A DNA stretch of 63,880 bases, filler included, from Candidatus Hydrogenedentota bacterium (GTDB lineage Bacteria > JBFMHD01), in the NCBI GenBank assembly GCA_040752395.1. It is 6 parts of 6 records of this genome, joined end to end, with 100 filler letters (N's around TTAATTAATTAA, not from the genome) between each part and the next. Parts side by side here need not be neighbours in the genome. Positions count along the whole stretch, not along the records: positions 48,124 to 56,243 come from JBFMHD010000124.1; positions 56,344 to 63,880 come from JBFMHD010000134.1; 4 more parts are not named here. One strand, given 5' to 3'. The notes under the pieces were generated by a model. It was given only the letters and a program-made list of their open reading frames with translations. It ran no database searches and was not told the DNA's origin. Positions 53,008 through 62,436 of the stretch are shown piece after piece. The position numbers and the translations under genes were made by a program. Position 1 is the stretch's first letter. Every line of letters begins with the position of its first letter.

Positions 53008-54958
53008 TTCTTCCTTTGTCTATTGCTTCTTGATTCGGCCGACTCCAAGAGTCGCCACTACGCAGTTTTCCGTTATCTTGCTTCTTTCGTTATCTTTCTT
53101 TGCCGTTATCTTGCCTCTATCTACATCTACTGCCTACGCTTTTCTCATCGATGATATGGAAAATTTTAGTGCGTATTCAGTTAGCGGTGATAATGGAACA
53201 AGTTATTCTGTTGATAGGGTTGATATGGATGGCAATCCTGCCATCATGCATACTTTTACTTTTACAACCGGTTCCTGGAGCCAGATTGAACGTAGTTTTA
53301 CAAGCCTTGATTTAACACGTGGTGACTCTATACGATTTAAATATCGTGGTGGCGGTACAAACAATAATTTAGAGATTAAACTTGTTGATGGCGATACCGA
53401 GACCTTTGGGTACACTTTGAATAGTGTAACTGCAAGCCCGACCTGGCAGACCGCAACCGTAAAATTCGAAGGACCTTCACCTGATTTTTCATACTGGTGG
53501 GGCGGTGATGCTACTACTGATAAAACACTTGATACTGATACTATAAAAAAGATTGAGTTTGCTATTAGTGGTAACGGCTCGGGTTATATAATTATCGATG
53601 ACCTTGAATTATACCAGACAAAGACATTCACTGATTCAACCCTTGATGATTTCAATGACAGCAATAACACCAATAATTTCGGTGGTACAAACGGCGTATA
53701 TGTTGAGGATGCAACTGTCTCTTGCACGTTATCTTATTATGAGACATCGCCTTATGAAGGAGCAAGATGCGCTAAAATCGAATATAGTAGAGGCTCTAAA
53801 TACTGTGGCGCTTATTTCCCGCTTAATTCTACTGACCTGCATCTTGCTACTCATCTCCAATTTTATATTAAAAGTGAATATGAGGGTGAATCTTTAAAAA
53901 TCGAGCTCGGTAGCGCAAATAAAAATCATAAGATTACCTATTATAATGTCCCAACATCATGGACAAAGGTTTGTATCGTACTTGAAAACTACAGAGGTGG
54001 CTCAAGCGAGATACCTGATAGCGGATGGTATGCTATGACCGGTAATTTCGCTATCGGGTTTGAAGAAGGTATCAGTAGAACAAGTGGCACTGTGTATATA
54101 GATGATGTAAAATTTATACGTAACCCACCTGCACCAGGACCAGTATTTACAATCGATGATTTTGAGGGACCATATCTTGTCGCTTATTCGACCGCAGCTG
54201 ATAATAACGCAACTATTACTAAATCTCAGGTGAGCGGATATTCAGGCTATGGCCTCAGACTTGATTATTCTATGAATAATGGTGCCTGGGTTGTTGCATA
54301 TAGAGAAATGTATGCTGATTTTAACAGAGGTACAGGACTACGGTTCAGGCTATATGGTGGTTCTGCCTCAAAAGACCTTGAGGTTAAAATTGCGGATAAA
54401 GATAACACTGTATTTTATAAAAAGTTTTTAAGTAAAACCGGGTATGCTTACTGGCAAACTGTTGATCTCCTATTTACAGAATTAAGCTTATTCTCAAAAG
54501 GTGATGATGACGACCTCTCGCTTTCACTGGTATCTAAAATTTATTTTGCTGTTTCAGGCTCAGGCTCTGCAAACGGTTCAATAATCATCGATGATTTAGA
54601 AGTATTAAATCTCGGGGCACCAGGCGAAGTGGTAAATCGTGGCATTATTCAATCTGTTTTAGTTGAAAATAACCCATTCTCGCCAAATGATGACGGTGTA
54701 CAGGATTATGTACGATTTAACTATAATCTCCTTGAACCTGCTAATGTTAAATTTGAAATAGTTGATTCTTCTGGTGACAGAATAATAGATTTATCGCCTT
54801 CAGGAATACAACAAGCCGGGACTAACTCAATTATCTGGAACGGCAAAACAGCTTCAAACAAGCGAGTAAGAAACGGTCTCTATTTATTTCATATCCGTGC
54901 AAATGGCACAAATGGCGGATCAGGAAATTATACGAATATTGTAGCAGTGGTGAGATAA
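52982..54958 (+). CDS. Secreted triple CBM11-like protein with T9SS-like C-terminal domain
   Basis: Three (I/L)DDx(E/N)..IDD modules; NNPFSPNDDGVQD..IVDSSG..WNG..NGLYLF..VAVVR; start may be ATG 52997. Confidence 0.75.
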   Translation: MQVFHMAINSSFVYCFLIRPTPRVATTQFSVILLLSLSFFAVILPLSTSTAYAFLIDDMENFSAYSVSGDNGTSYSVDRVDMDGNPAIMHTFTFTTGSWSQIERSFTSLDLTRGDSIRFKYRGGGTNNNLEIKLVDGDTETFGYTLNSVTASPTWQTATVKFEGPSPDFSYWWGGDATTDKTLDTDTIKKIEFAISGNGSGYIIIDDLELYQTKTFTDSTLDDFNDSNNTNNFGGTNGVYVEDATVSCTLSYYETSPYEGARCAKIEYSRGSKYCGAYFPLNSTDLHLATHLQFYIKSEYEGESLKIELGSANKNHKITYYNVPTSWTKVCIVLENYRGGSSEIPDSGWYAMTGNFAIGFEEGISRTSGTVYIDDVKFIRNPPAPGPVFTIDDFEGPYLVAYSTAADNNATITKSQVSGYSGYGLRLDYSMNNGAWVVAYREMYADFNRGTGLRFRLYGGSASKDLEVKIADKDNTVFYKKFLSKTGYAYWQTVDLLFTELSLFSKGDDDDLSLSLVSKIYFAVSGSGSANGSIIIDDLEVLNLGAPGEVVNRGIIQSVLVENNPFSPNDDGVQDYVRFNYNLLEPANVKFEIVDSSGDRIIDLSPSGIQQAGTNSIIWNGKTASNKRVRNGLYLFHIRANGTNGGSGNYTNIVAVVR

Positions 54959-55037
54959 TATTAGTGGTTAGTGGTTAGGAGTTAGGGGTTATAAGATAAG
55001 TCAAAGAGTCAAAGAGTCGAGGGTCAATGAGTACATT

Positions 55038-55961
55038 ATGAGATTAGGCAGGATAATATTATTTACTATTTTCATATTTTTTATTTTCTCAGTCTCACGA
55101 TCCACAACCCCTGACGCCAGACCCTCGACCCTCGACTTTCTACTCTCCACTCAATTACATGCTTCTGCATTTGACCGACTCGGTGCCGGAGTCCGTGCCA
55201 AAGGGATGGGGGATGCATTTACCGCTATTTCGGATGATGCTTCTTCGGTATATTGGAACCAGGCTGGTATCTCACAAATAACAAAAAAGAATATTATCTT
55301 AAATTATAGGGATTTATACAGTCTCGGTTTGATAAATTATGGTGAGATCTTTTTTATTCAGCCTGGCATCTGGAGAGGTGGGCTCGGGTTTGGGGTGCGA
55401 CATTTCGGTACCTCCGCAAAAGTAGATTTTATCGATTATAATGAAAATACTTTTACCATAGCTTATGGCTGCGAAATAAAGAAAAATTTAAGACTCGGGG
55501 CAGCGCTTAAGTATTATGATGTAGATTATGATATTGATGCTAATGGCTTCGGGATTGATGTAAGTGCTATGTATAGCTTTGGGGATTATTTCACTTTAGG
55601 AGTTTTAATCCAGGATTGTTTAGAACCTGAGATCGAATGGGAAACCAGAGCTGTTGATAGATTGCCATTAAATATCCGCACCGGGCTTGCTTTTAAATGG
55701 GAAGAATTTTTAAATGTTGATATCGATGTTGATAAAATAGCTGATGACGAGGATGACGAAGAACTGCATATAGGACTTGAGTACTGGCTGCCCCAAAAAA
55801 TTATCGGCATCCGCGTTGGTGGCTACCAGCAGCGATCAAGTAAATGGGTCGGTACTATGGGGTTCGGGCTTCGTTACGACGTTTTCCAACTCGATTATTC
55901 CTATGAACATCATTATCTATTAAGCAGTACTCATTTTTTCTCTGTAGGCCTGGAGTTTTAG
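55038..55961 (+). CDS. PorV/PorQ-like outer-membrane beta-barrel
   Basis: GVRAKGMGDAFTAISDDASSVYWNQAG, FGIDV, GLEYW, LDYSY, C-terminal HFFSVGLEF. Confidence 0.8.
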   Translation: MRLGRIILFTIFIFFIFSVSRSTTPDARPSTLDFLLSTQLHASAFDRLGAGVRAKGMGDAFTAISDDASSVYWNQAGISQITKKNIILNYRDLYSLGLINYGEIFFIQPGIWRGGLGFGVRHFGTSAKVDFIDYNENTFTIAYGCEIKKNLRLGAALKYYDVDYDIDANGFGIDVSAMYSFGDYFTLGVLIQDCLEPEIEWETRAVDRLPLNIRTGLAFKWEEFLNVDIDVDKIADDEDDEELHIGLEYWLPQKIIGIRVGGYQQRSSKWVGTMGFGLRYDVFQLDYSYEHHYLLSSTHFFSVGLEF

Positions 55962-55977
55962 AACAGGAGATAGTAGA

Positions 55978-56243
55978 TTGAAAGATTCAAAGATTCAAAG
56001 ATTATTTCGGCATTCTGAATTTTTTAAAGGATGTTGGCTTCAGGCTACAGACTACAGGCTTCAGCCGGCTGTAGCCCGTAGCCCGAAGTCTGAAGCCTGT
56101 CCTGATACTTCTCACTTTGCTTCTTTCGTTATCTTTCTTTCCGTTATCTTGCTTCTTGCCTCTGTCCATGCCGAACCACTAATAATTGATAATTTCAATC
56201 AAGGTGGCCCACCAAATGCTCTCGGCACAGGGTATTTTGATTT
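55978..56243 (+). CDS. 5' fragment of another secreted CBM11-like cargo protein, cut by the gap
   Basis: AGGAG RBS and TTG start; ..VILLLASVHA-EPLIIDNFN resembles the N-termini at 49191 and 52982. Confidence 0.55.
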
Positions 56244-56343
56244 NNNNNNNNNNNNNNNNNNNNNNNNNNNNNNNNNNNNNNNNNNNNTTAATTAATTAAN
56301 NNNNNNNNNNNNNNNNNNNNNNNNNNNNNNNNNNNNNNNNNNN
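56244..56343. other. Artificial contig linker
   Basis: N run with TTAATTAATTAA. Confidence 0.98.
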
Positions 56344-56670
56344 TGAAAAACATTGTAATTATAATAATATCAAGTAGAAGCAAGAAGCAAGATAACAGAA
56401 GAAGTGAGAGGTATCAGGACAGGCTACAGGCTACAGGCTACGGACTACAGCCGGCTGGAGCCAAAAGCCTGCTGAAAAGTCTTGAGTCTCGAGTCCTGTT
56501 TTGACTCACGACTCTTTTCATATCATCTTCTCTGAAGAAGTAAGAAGTAAGAAGTGGGAAGTATCAGAAAGTTGATGAGTTAAACTCAGAAATTAAAAGG
56601 CATACGAATTTTGTCAAGATATATATTTTTGAGGTCTCGTAATCCATCAGTTATAGGATGACTTGACCGA

Positions 56671-58530
56671 TCATTTATCTAAAAATAAATTATGCCAGAT
56701 TTCTATGCAAAGAAGCGCCCAGATTTTAGAGCTGTAGTCTCTTATACTATATCTCTGCTTCATTATCATATCTTCAATGTATTTATACTGAAAATACGCT
56801 CTATTCTTTGCTTTTTGTGATAAAATAATATCCCTGATATCTGATATCAACTCATTTCGGAACCAGAGTTTTGCTGGTACTGTGAAACCCATCTTTTTTC
56901 TATTAATTATCTTCTCTGGCAATAAGCCCTCTACTAATTTTCTTATTAAATATTTAGTATTAAAATTTTTAAGTTTCAGGGTAGTAGGTATTGAGAATGA
57001 GAATTCAACAAGCCGATAATCAAGAAATGGTACTCTTGCTTCAAGAGAGTGTGCCATTGTTAATTTATCAGTCAGATGCAATATTGATATAAGATAGGAT
57101 TTTAACTCAAGATACATAATTTTCTTAATTATATCATCTGCCTCTTTTTTTTCTGAAAACATATCGTCTATCCTCTTTTTTACATTTATATCAAATCGAT
57201 GAATGAATTCAGGTGATATCAAATTCCACTTTTCTTTCTCTTTAAATAGATTAATGGCATCAAAATAAAAATCTTCTGTTTTCATGTTCATTCTTGGTAG
57301 ATATGAAAGCAGTGAATAGAAGCCAAATCTGTTTTTTATTAAATTTATATATTCAAAGATATTGAGTTTTTTCTTTTTTAATAAAAGATTTAACCATGCC
57401 ACGAGATAGCGGGGGTACCCAAGCCATTGCTCATCACCGCCGTCACCTGAGAATATCACTTTAACATTTTCTGATGCTTTCTTCGAGATAATGTAAAATG
57501 GGATAGTAGCAGGGCCATGTAGCGGTTCATCAAGATGCCATATCATCTCTTTAATCGTATTTATAATATCAACTGGTTTTTGATAGATAGTATGATTTTT
57601 TACATTAAGATTTTCTGCAAGCATCTTGGCATAATATGATTCATCATACTCTCTTTCTCTACTGCCAATAGTAAATGTCTGCAATTCTTTATAATGTTTT
57701 GACGCAAAATAAACTATTGTGCTTGAGTCAAGCCCACCACTTAAGAAACTCCCAACCGGTACCTCACTCATTAACTGTAATTTAACCGAGTCCTCGAAAA
57801 GATCTCTGAATCTTTCAATTATCTTATTCTCGTCTTTATTACTGAATCTATTTTCAAGGTTTAAATCCCAGTACTTTTTTATAGACATTCTTCCGTCCAG
57901 AGTAACAACAGCATAATGCGCAGCTGAAAGTTTCAATATATTCTCAAAAAACGTCTCGTTCCCTGTCTCATATAAAAAAGATATATATGCTGATATAGCC
58001 TTATAATTCGGCAGAATATTAAAGCCATCATACTCAAGTATAGCTTTTATCTCAGACGAAAATAAAAATTTGGTGTTATCAAGATAATAATAAAGTGGTT
58101 TAACACCGAGATGATCTCTTGCTAAAAAAATCTGTTTTAATCTATTATCCCAGATACAAAAAGCAAATATGCCATTCATTCGGTTTACACAATCACACCC
58201 ATACTCCTCATAAAGATGAATAATCACTTCTGTATCGCAGTCTGTTTTAAATATATGTCCTTTGCTCTTCAGCTCGTCTTTTAGTTCTAAATAATTGTAA
58301 AGTTCACCATTATAAGTTATCCATATTGAATCATCCTCATTCGACATTGGCTGGTGACCGGTAGAGAGTCCAATTATAGATAATCTTCTATGTCCAAAAG
58401 CTATCTTATCAAAAAGATAAATCCCCCTGTCATCAGGACCACGATGTTTCATTACATCTGTCATTTTAGAGACTATTTCGACATTAATAGGTTTATCATT
58501 AAAATGAACGATACCACAGATTCCACACAT
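56671..58530 (-). CDS. asnB: Asparagine synthase-family glutamine amidotransferase
   Basis: MCGI, HRGPD, RRLSII, NGELYN, LSGGLDS, SGDGGDE, EARVPFLD. Confidence 0.92.
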   Translation of the reverse strand: MCGICGIVHFNDKPINVEIVSKMTDVMKHRGPDDRGIYLFDKIAFGHRRLSIIGLSTGHQPMSNEDDSIWITYNGELYNYLELKDELKSKGHIFKTDCDTEVIIHLYEEYGCDCVNRMNGIFAFCIWDNRLKQIFLARDHLGVKPLYYYLDNTKFLFSSEIKAILEYDGFNILPNYKAISAYISFLYETGNETFFENILKLSAAHYAVVTLDGRMSIKKYWDLNLENRFSNKDENKIIERFRDLFEDSVKLQLMSEVPVGSFLSGGLDSSTIVYFASKHYKELQTFTIGSREREYDESYYAKMLAENLNVKNHTIYQKPVDIINTIKEMIWHLDEPLHGPATIPFYIISKKASENVKVIFSGDGGDEQWLGYPRYLVAWLNLLLKKKKLNIFEYINLIKNRFGFYSLLSYLPRMNMKTEDFYFDAINLFKEKEKWNLISPEFIHRFDINVKKRIDDMFSEKKEADDIIKKIMYLELKSYLISILHLTDKLTMAHSLEARVPFLDYRLVEFSFSIPTTLKLKNFNTKYLIRKLVEGLLPEKIINRKKMGFTVPAKLWFRNELISDIRDIILSQKAKNRAYFQYKYIEDMIMKQRYSIRDYSSKIWALLCIEIWHNLFLDK

Positions 58531-58600
58531 ACGTCGCTTCGCTCCTTAAATTAAATAAGTCTATATCCCACCAGAAATTTTACAAGAATTTTTACTTTCA

Positions 58601-58628
58601 GTAGTGTGGCCGGATTTATCCGGCCATA
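58601..58628 (+). repeat. GTAG-type REP hairpin
   Basis: GTAG followed by TGTGGCCGGAT-TT-ATCCGGCCATA. Confidence 0.6.
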
Positions 58629-58711
58629 GATAGGCACGAAGGCTCAAAGATTGAAAGATTCATTGAATAAATATCTTGTAAAGATTTAATATAGTTGTAT
58701 TATTTGTTGAT

Positions 58712-58897
58712 ATGGAAAGGATATGTAATAAGTTTTATAGTTTTAAAGAAGCTGAAAAAAACGAACAGCAGTATGCTCTATCTCTTACTCCTGGCCAGAG
58801 AGTTATGATTGCGCGCGAACTGATGGCACAGATTCATGGGGATTTGTCAAACTTACCCGATATAAGAGAATACGAGAGAAATCGTAAAAAACAATGA
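58712..58897 (+). CDS. Small helical protein coupled to a nucleotidyltransferase (antitoxin-like)
   Basis: SF.EAE..LTPGQR motif; ATGA overlap with the next ORF. Confidence 0.6.
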   Translation: MERICNKFYSFKEAEKNEQQYALSLTPGQRVMIARELMAQIHGDLSNLPDIREYERNRKKQ

Positions 58898-59376
58898 CTT
58901 TACCTCATCTTTCCGAAGATATTAGAATCCTGATACAGCTTTTGAACAAGCACAATGTTGAATACCTGATTGTGGGTGAAATCGCAGTTATTTATTATGG
59001 TTATCCCAGATATACAGGCAATGTAGATATTTATAACCCCGATAAAAACAATGTAAAGAAATTGTTTGAATGTCTTACAGAGTTCTGGGATGGAAATATC
59101 CCGGGAATTAATAATCCGTCAGAATTGGAACACCCGGGAATAATAGTACATTTCGGTTTAACCCCAAACCGTGTAGATTTGATTAATCAAATTGATGGCG
59201 TAACTTTCAAAGAAGCCTGGGATAATGTTATTAAAGACAAATTGACGGATAAAAAAGGTGAAACAAGTAGCAGAATAAATATAATAAATCTAAAGCATCT
59301 GCGTATTAATAAACAAAAAAGTGTAAGACAAAAGGATAAAGACGATTTGGAGCATCTCAGAGGTTTTAAAAGGTGA
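58894..59376 (+). CDS. DUF6036-like nucleotidyltransferase, possibly inactivated
   Basis: YLIVGEIAV..YGYPRYTGNVD..NK..RQKDKDD; GG reads GE and DxD reads NxD. Confidence 0.65.
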   Translation: MTLPHLSEDIRILIQLLNKHNVEYLIVGEIAVIYYGYPRYTGNVDIYNPDKNNVKKLFECLTEFWDGNIPGINNPSELEHPGIIVHFGLTPNRVDLINQIDGVTFKEAWDNVIKDKLTDKKGETSSRINIINLKHLRINKQKSVRQKDKDDLEHLRGFKR

Positions 59377-59380
59377 TTAA

Positions 59381-60877
59381 ATGAAAATATTATTAATTAA
59401 TCCACCGTATACGCGTTTTAAAGGAATGATAGATAGATATGCACCATTAGGGTTGTGCTATTTAGCTGCAGTTCTTGAAAAAGAGGGTCATAAAGTTGTT
59501 GTATATAATGCTGAGAACCCCGCAATAGGTGAGGGTAAAGTAATATGGGATTTCGAATATCGTCTCGATGTATTTGATTTATTTTTAAAACGGATGGATG
59601 ATACGAATGATATAATCTGGCAAGAAATACGAAATACTATTAAAGAAACAAGACCCGATGTTGTCGGTATAACCTGTAAAACCGTAACATATAAAATAGC
59701 AAAAAAAATTGCAGAAATCAGTAAAGAATTATTTTCTGATATGCCTGTAATTTTTGGAGGCCCACATCCCTCGGTCGCTTCAGAGGAAGTTATAAAATAT
59801 GAGTACTGCGATTTTGTTGTTGGTGGTGAAGGTGAGGAGACAATTAAAGACTTAATCAGGCATATAGAAACTAAAGAGATTCCATTGAAAAATATCGGTG
59901 GCTTACTCTATAAAGAAAATGGCTCTGTAAAAATAAATAGAAGACGTGACTTTATTAAAAATCTCGATTCCATACCTTTCCCCTCTAAATATCTATTACT
60001 AAACAATCATAATTATAACAGAACGATATTAAGTAATATGATGGGCGGTATAATCGGTAGTCGTGGGTGCCCTTTTGAATGCAAATTCTGTAGCGATATG
60101 AACGTCTGGGGCCGAAACGTCAGGTACAGAGACCCGAATAAAATTATTGATGAAATAGAAGAAACCAAAAGATTATTTGGTACAATAGAATTTTATTTCT
60201 GGGACGATGCTTTTACATTAAATAGAAAACGAGTTATTGATTTTTGCAGCCTCCTTGTAAAAAGAAAGACAAACATCGCCTGGGGTTGTCATACTCGCGC
60301 TGATCTTATTGATGATGAGGTTATATTAAATCTTAAGAAGGCAGGCTGTTTTAAGATCTCAATGGGTATAGAATCTGGTTGTGAAGAAACATTAAAAAAT
60401 ATAAAAAAGCAAATATTATTAAAGGATGTTATACGAGCATCGAAAATATTAAACAAACATCGTATGGACTGGAACGCTGCATTTATTATCGGGTTCCCAT
60501 CTGAAAAAGAGGAACAAATGATGCAAACTATTAATTTTATGAAATCAATAAAACCAACACGATTATTTCTGTCTGCTTTTACCCCCTTCCCCGGGACCGA
60601 GCTTTACGAAGAAACTAAAAATATGGGGCTTATTAATGATTCGATTGACTGGAGTGCAATTGAAACAAAAAGTCCAAAAAATGCTTTTGTTACCCAGATA
60701 TCAAAAGAACGGTTTCAAAAATTATTTAGAGAAACAATGGAATGGATTGACAGCTATAATAATAAATCAGATACCTTTTTCCACCGCTTAAATATCCGAC
60801 TCCCATTCTACCGAAAACATCCCTTACTATTTGTTAAACGCGTTATACAATACCTTCAGTTAAAATATTATGACTGA
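59381..60877 (+). CDS. Cobalamin-binding (class B) radical SAM protein
   Basis: LINPP, PLGLCYLAA, GGPH, GEGE, SRGCPFECKFC, GIESG, TPFPGT. Confidence 0.92.
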   Translation: MKILLINPPYTRFKGMIDRYAPLGLCYLAAVLEKEGHKVVVYNAENPAIGEGKVIWDFEYRLDVFDLFLKRMDDTNDIIWQEIRNTIKETRPDVVGITCKTVTYKIAKKIAEISKELFSDMPVIFGGPHPSVASEEVIKYEYCDFVVGGEGEETIKDLIRHIETKEIPLKNIGGLLYKENGSVKINRRRDFIKNLDSIPFPSKYLLLNNHNYNRTILSNMMGGIIGSRGCPFECKFCSDMNVWGRNVRYRDPNKIIDEIEETKRLFGTIEFYFWDDAFTLNRKRVIDFCSLLVKRKTNIAWGCHTRADLIDDEVILNLKKAGCFKISMGIESGCEETLKNIKKQILLKDVIRASKILNKHRMDWNAAFIIGFPSEKEEQMMQTINFMKSIKPTRLFLSAFTPFPGTELYEETKNMGLINDSIDWSAIETKSPKNAFVTQISKERFQKLFRETMEWIDSYNNKSDTFFHRLNIRLPFYRKHPLLFVKRVIQYLQLKYYD

Positions 60878-60962
60878 AAGCATAGTAGGCTTTACCACTA
60901 CACCAAATCATTTAACTTAGCCCATCTGCGGTTCATTTTGTATCCTCCATCGTCTGCTTCGG

Positions 60963-61259
60963 TTATTTCTCTTTCTTAAACGCACCATGAGCAATTGTCC
61001 ATGGCAAACCAATGATTAGGAGCCATGTCCCTATGTCGAGAGCTGGGATCAATCCGATCCACCACCTTGGGGTGAATGGATACACCAAATACGCAATCCA
61101 TGCCAGGATGAGCGAAACAGCAGGCACGGTTGAGTGATGCTTGTCAATCCCCTTGCGTCTGTTGATCTCGCCAACGATTACGCAACCCCAGTTCATGACA
61201 GCGACGTACGCCGCAAGAAACATCATAAGTCCGGATATGATTACCTGAATAACCGTCAT
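60963..61259 (-). CDS. Small membrane protein with higher GC than its neighbours
   Basis: Three hydrophobic segments; base composition visibly differs from flanking genes. Confidence 0.55.
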   Translation of the reverse strand: MTVIQVIISGLMMFLAAYVAVMNWGCVIVGEINRRKGIDKHHSTVPAVSLILAWIAYLVYPFTPRWWIGLIPALDIGTWLLIIGLPWTIAHGAFKKEK

Positions 61260-61644
61260 TTATCTTTTCACCGAATATCTATTATCTCGCAACAATATTT
61301 GGCAACACCTTTCTGAAGTATTCTACGTTTGAGCTCATTTGCCCAAAATTAGTAAGAATTTTGATCTGGCATAATTTACGATTCATAACCCCGGAATAGA
61401 AAAAACATTAAAAGAAGTCAATAGATAAATTAAAAAAGACTTCAGGCAAGCCTTTAGCCTGCGGATATTCAAACTGTCTTGCCATAACTAATCCATGAAT
61501 GAAGACACCCTTCACACCATTCCCGATATTCTCTCATTGTATCAAAAGAGAGGAAAAAGAAATTATAACAAAAAAGTCTTGAAAATGCAAACTAAATAAA
61601 TAAAATACAGTATACTGCTCCCCTGAAACGTGAGACACTTTAAA

Positions 61645-61690
61645 GTAGTGAGGGTCTTTAGACCCGTAGTAGGGGCGGGTTTACCCATCC
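61645..61690 (+). repeat. Two tandem GTAG-type REP hairpins
   Basis: GTAG..GGGTCT-TT-AGACCC then GTAGGGGCGGGT-TT-ACCCATCC; related copies at 44617 and 28561. Confidence 0.55.
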
Positions 61691-61747
61691 ATAGGCAGGC
61701 AGGCAAATGCACAAAGATTAAAAGATTATGGGGAAATGATATAGAAC

Positions 61748-61894
61748 ATGCGAGTTTCATTACTAATGCAGGGGTCGATAAAAAAAGAATATGAAAAGAA
61801 TCTAACGTTAAGTTTGGAACTAAGCGAGCTATGTTTAATTCTTAATCGAGAATACCACAAGGCATATAAAAAATGGCTAAAAAAGAGACGATAG
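61748..61894 (+). CDS. 48-aa ORF overlapping the nucleotidyltransferase start (possible partner)
   Basis: Read manually as MRVSLLMQGSIKKEYEKNLTLSLELSELCLILNREYHKAYKKWLKKRR; below the ORF-track cutoff. Confidence 0.35.
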   Translation: MRVSLLMQGSIKKEYEKNLTLSLELSELCLILNREYHKAYKKWLKKRR

Positions 61895-62412
61895 CTACTA
61901 TTTTTGGAAAAATAGTAAAATATTTAATAAAAAATGATTATTCTTATGCTTTATGCGGTGGTCTTGCGGTAAGTGCAGTGGTAAGACCGCGTGCAACCAT
62001 AGACATTGATTTTCTTATACTATTAACATCTCAAAATAAAAAGAAAATAAGTAAGTTTTTAAAACATACTTTTAAGAACAAAATATTTATTCATCAGAAA
62101 TTAATGAATTTTGGAATAATAAAGTTTTGGCGGAGTGTGGTTCTGGTTAAACCAACTGAAGTTGTGATTGACTTTATAATCGCTGATAATCCTATATTCG
62201 AGAAGATGATTCATAGAGCAATAAGTTTTAATATAAACAAAATTAAAGTAAGGGTTATAACGCCGGAAGATTTGATTATTCTTAAGAGTCTGAGTGCACG
62301 CCCCCATGACATAGAAGATATAAAAAATATAAAGAAAAAATATCATAACACCCTGGATAAAACCTATATAAAAAAATGTCTGCACTATTTCAGTCAACAA
62401 ACCACTGTTTGA
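61873..62412 (+). CDS. DUF6036-like nucleotidyltransferase
   Basis: YALCGGLAV, PRATIDIDFLI, TPEDLIILK..RPHDIED. Confidence 0.8.
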   Translation: MAKKETIATIFGKIVKYLIKNDYSYALCGGLAVSAVVRPRATIDIDFLILLTSQNKKKISKFLKHTFKNKIFIHQKLMNFGIIKFWRSVVLVKPTEVVIDFIIADNPIFEKMIHRAISFNINKIKVRVITPEDLIILKSLSARPHDIEDIKNIKKKYHNTLDKTYIKKCLHYFSQQTTV

Positions 62413-62436
62413 AGATGTAGTATACGAATAGGTCTT

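Noticed and set aside
54960-54990. TTAGTGG/TTAGGGG arrays (also CCCTAA at 22606) as telomere-like repeats
   Set aside because: They are short, degenerate and internal; better explained as one of the 7-mer repeat families.
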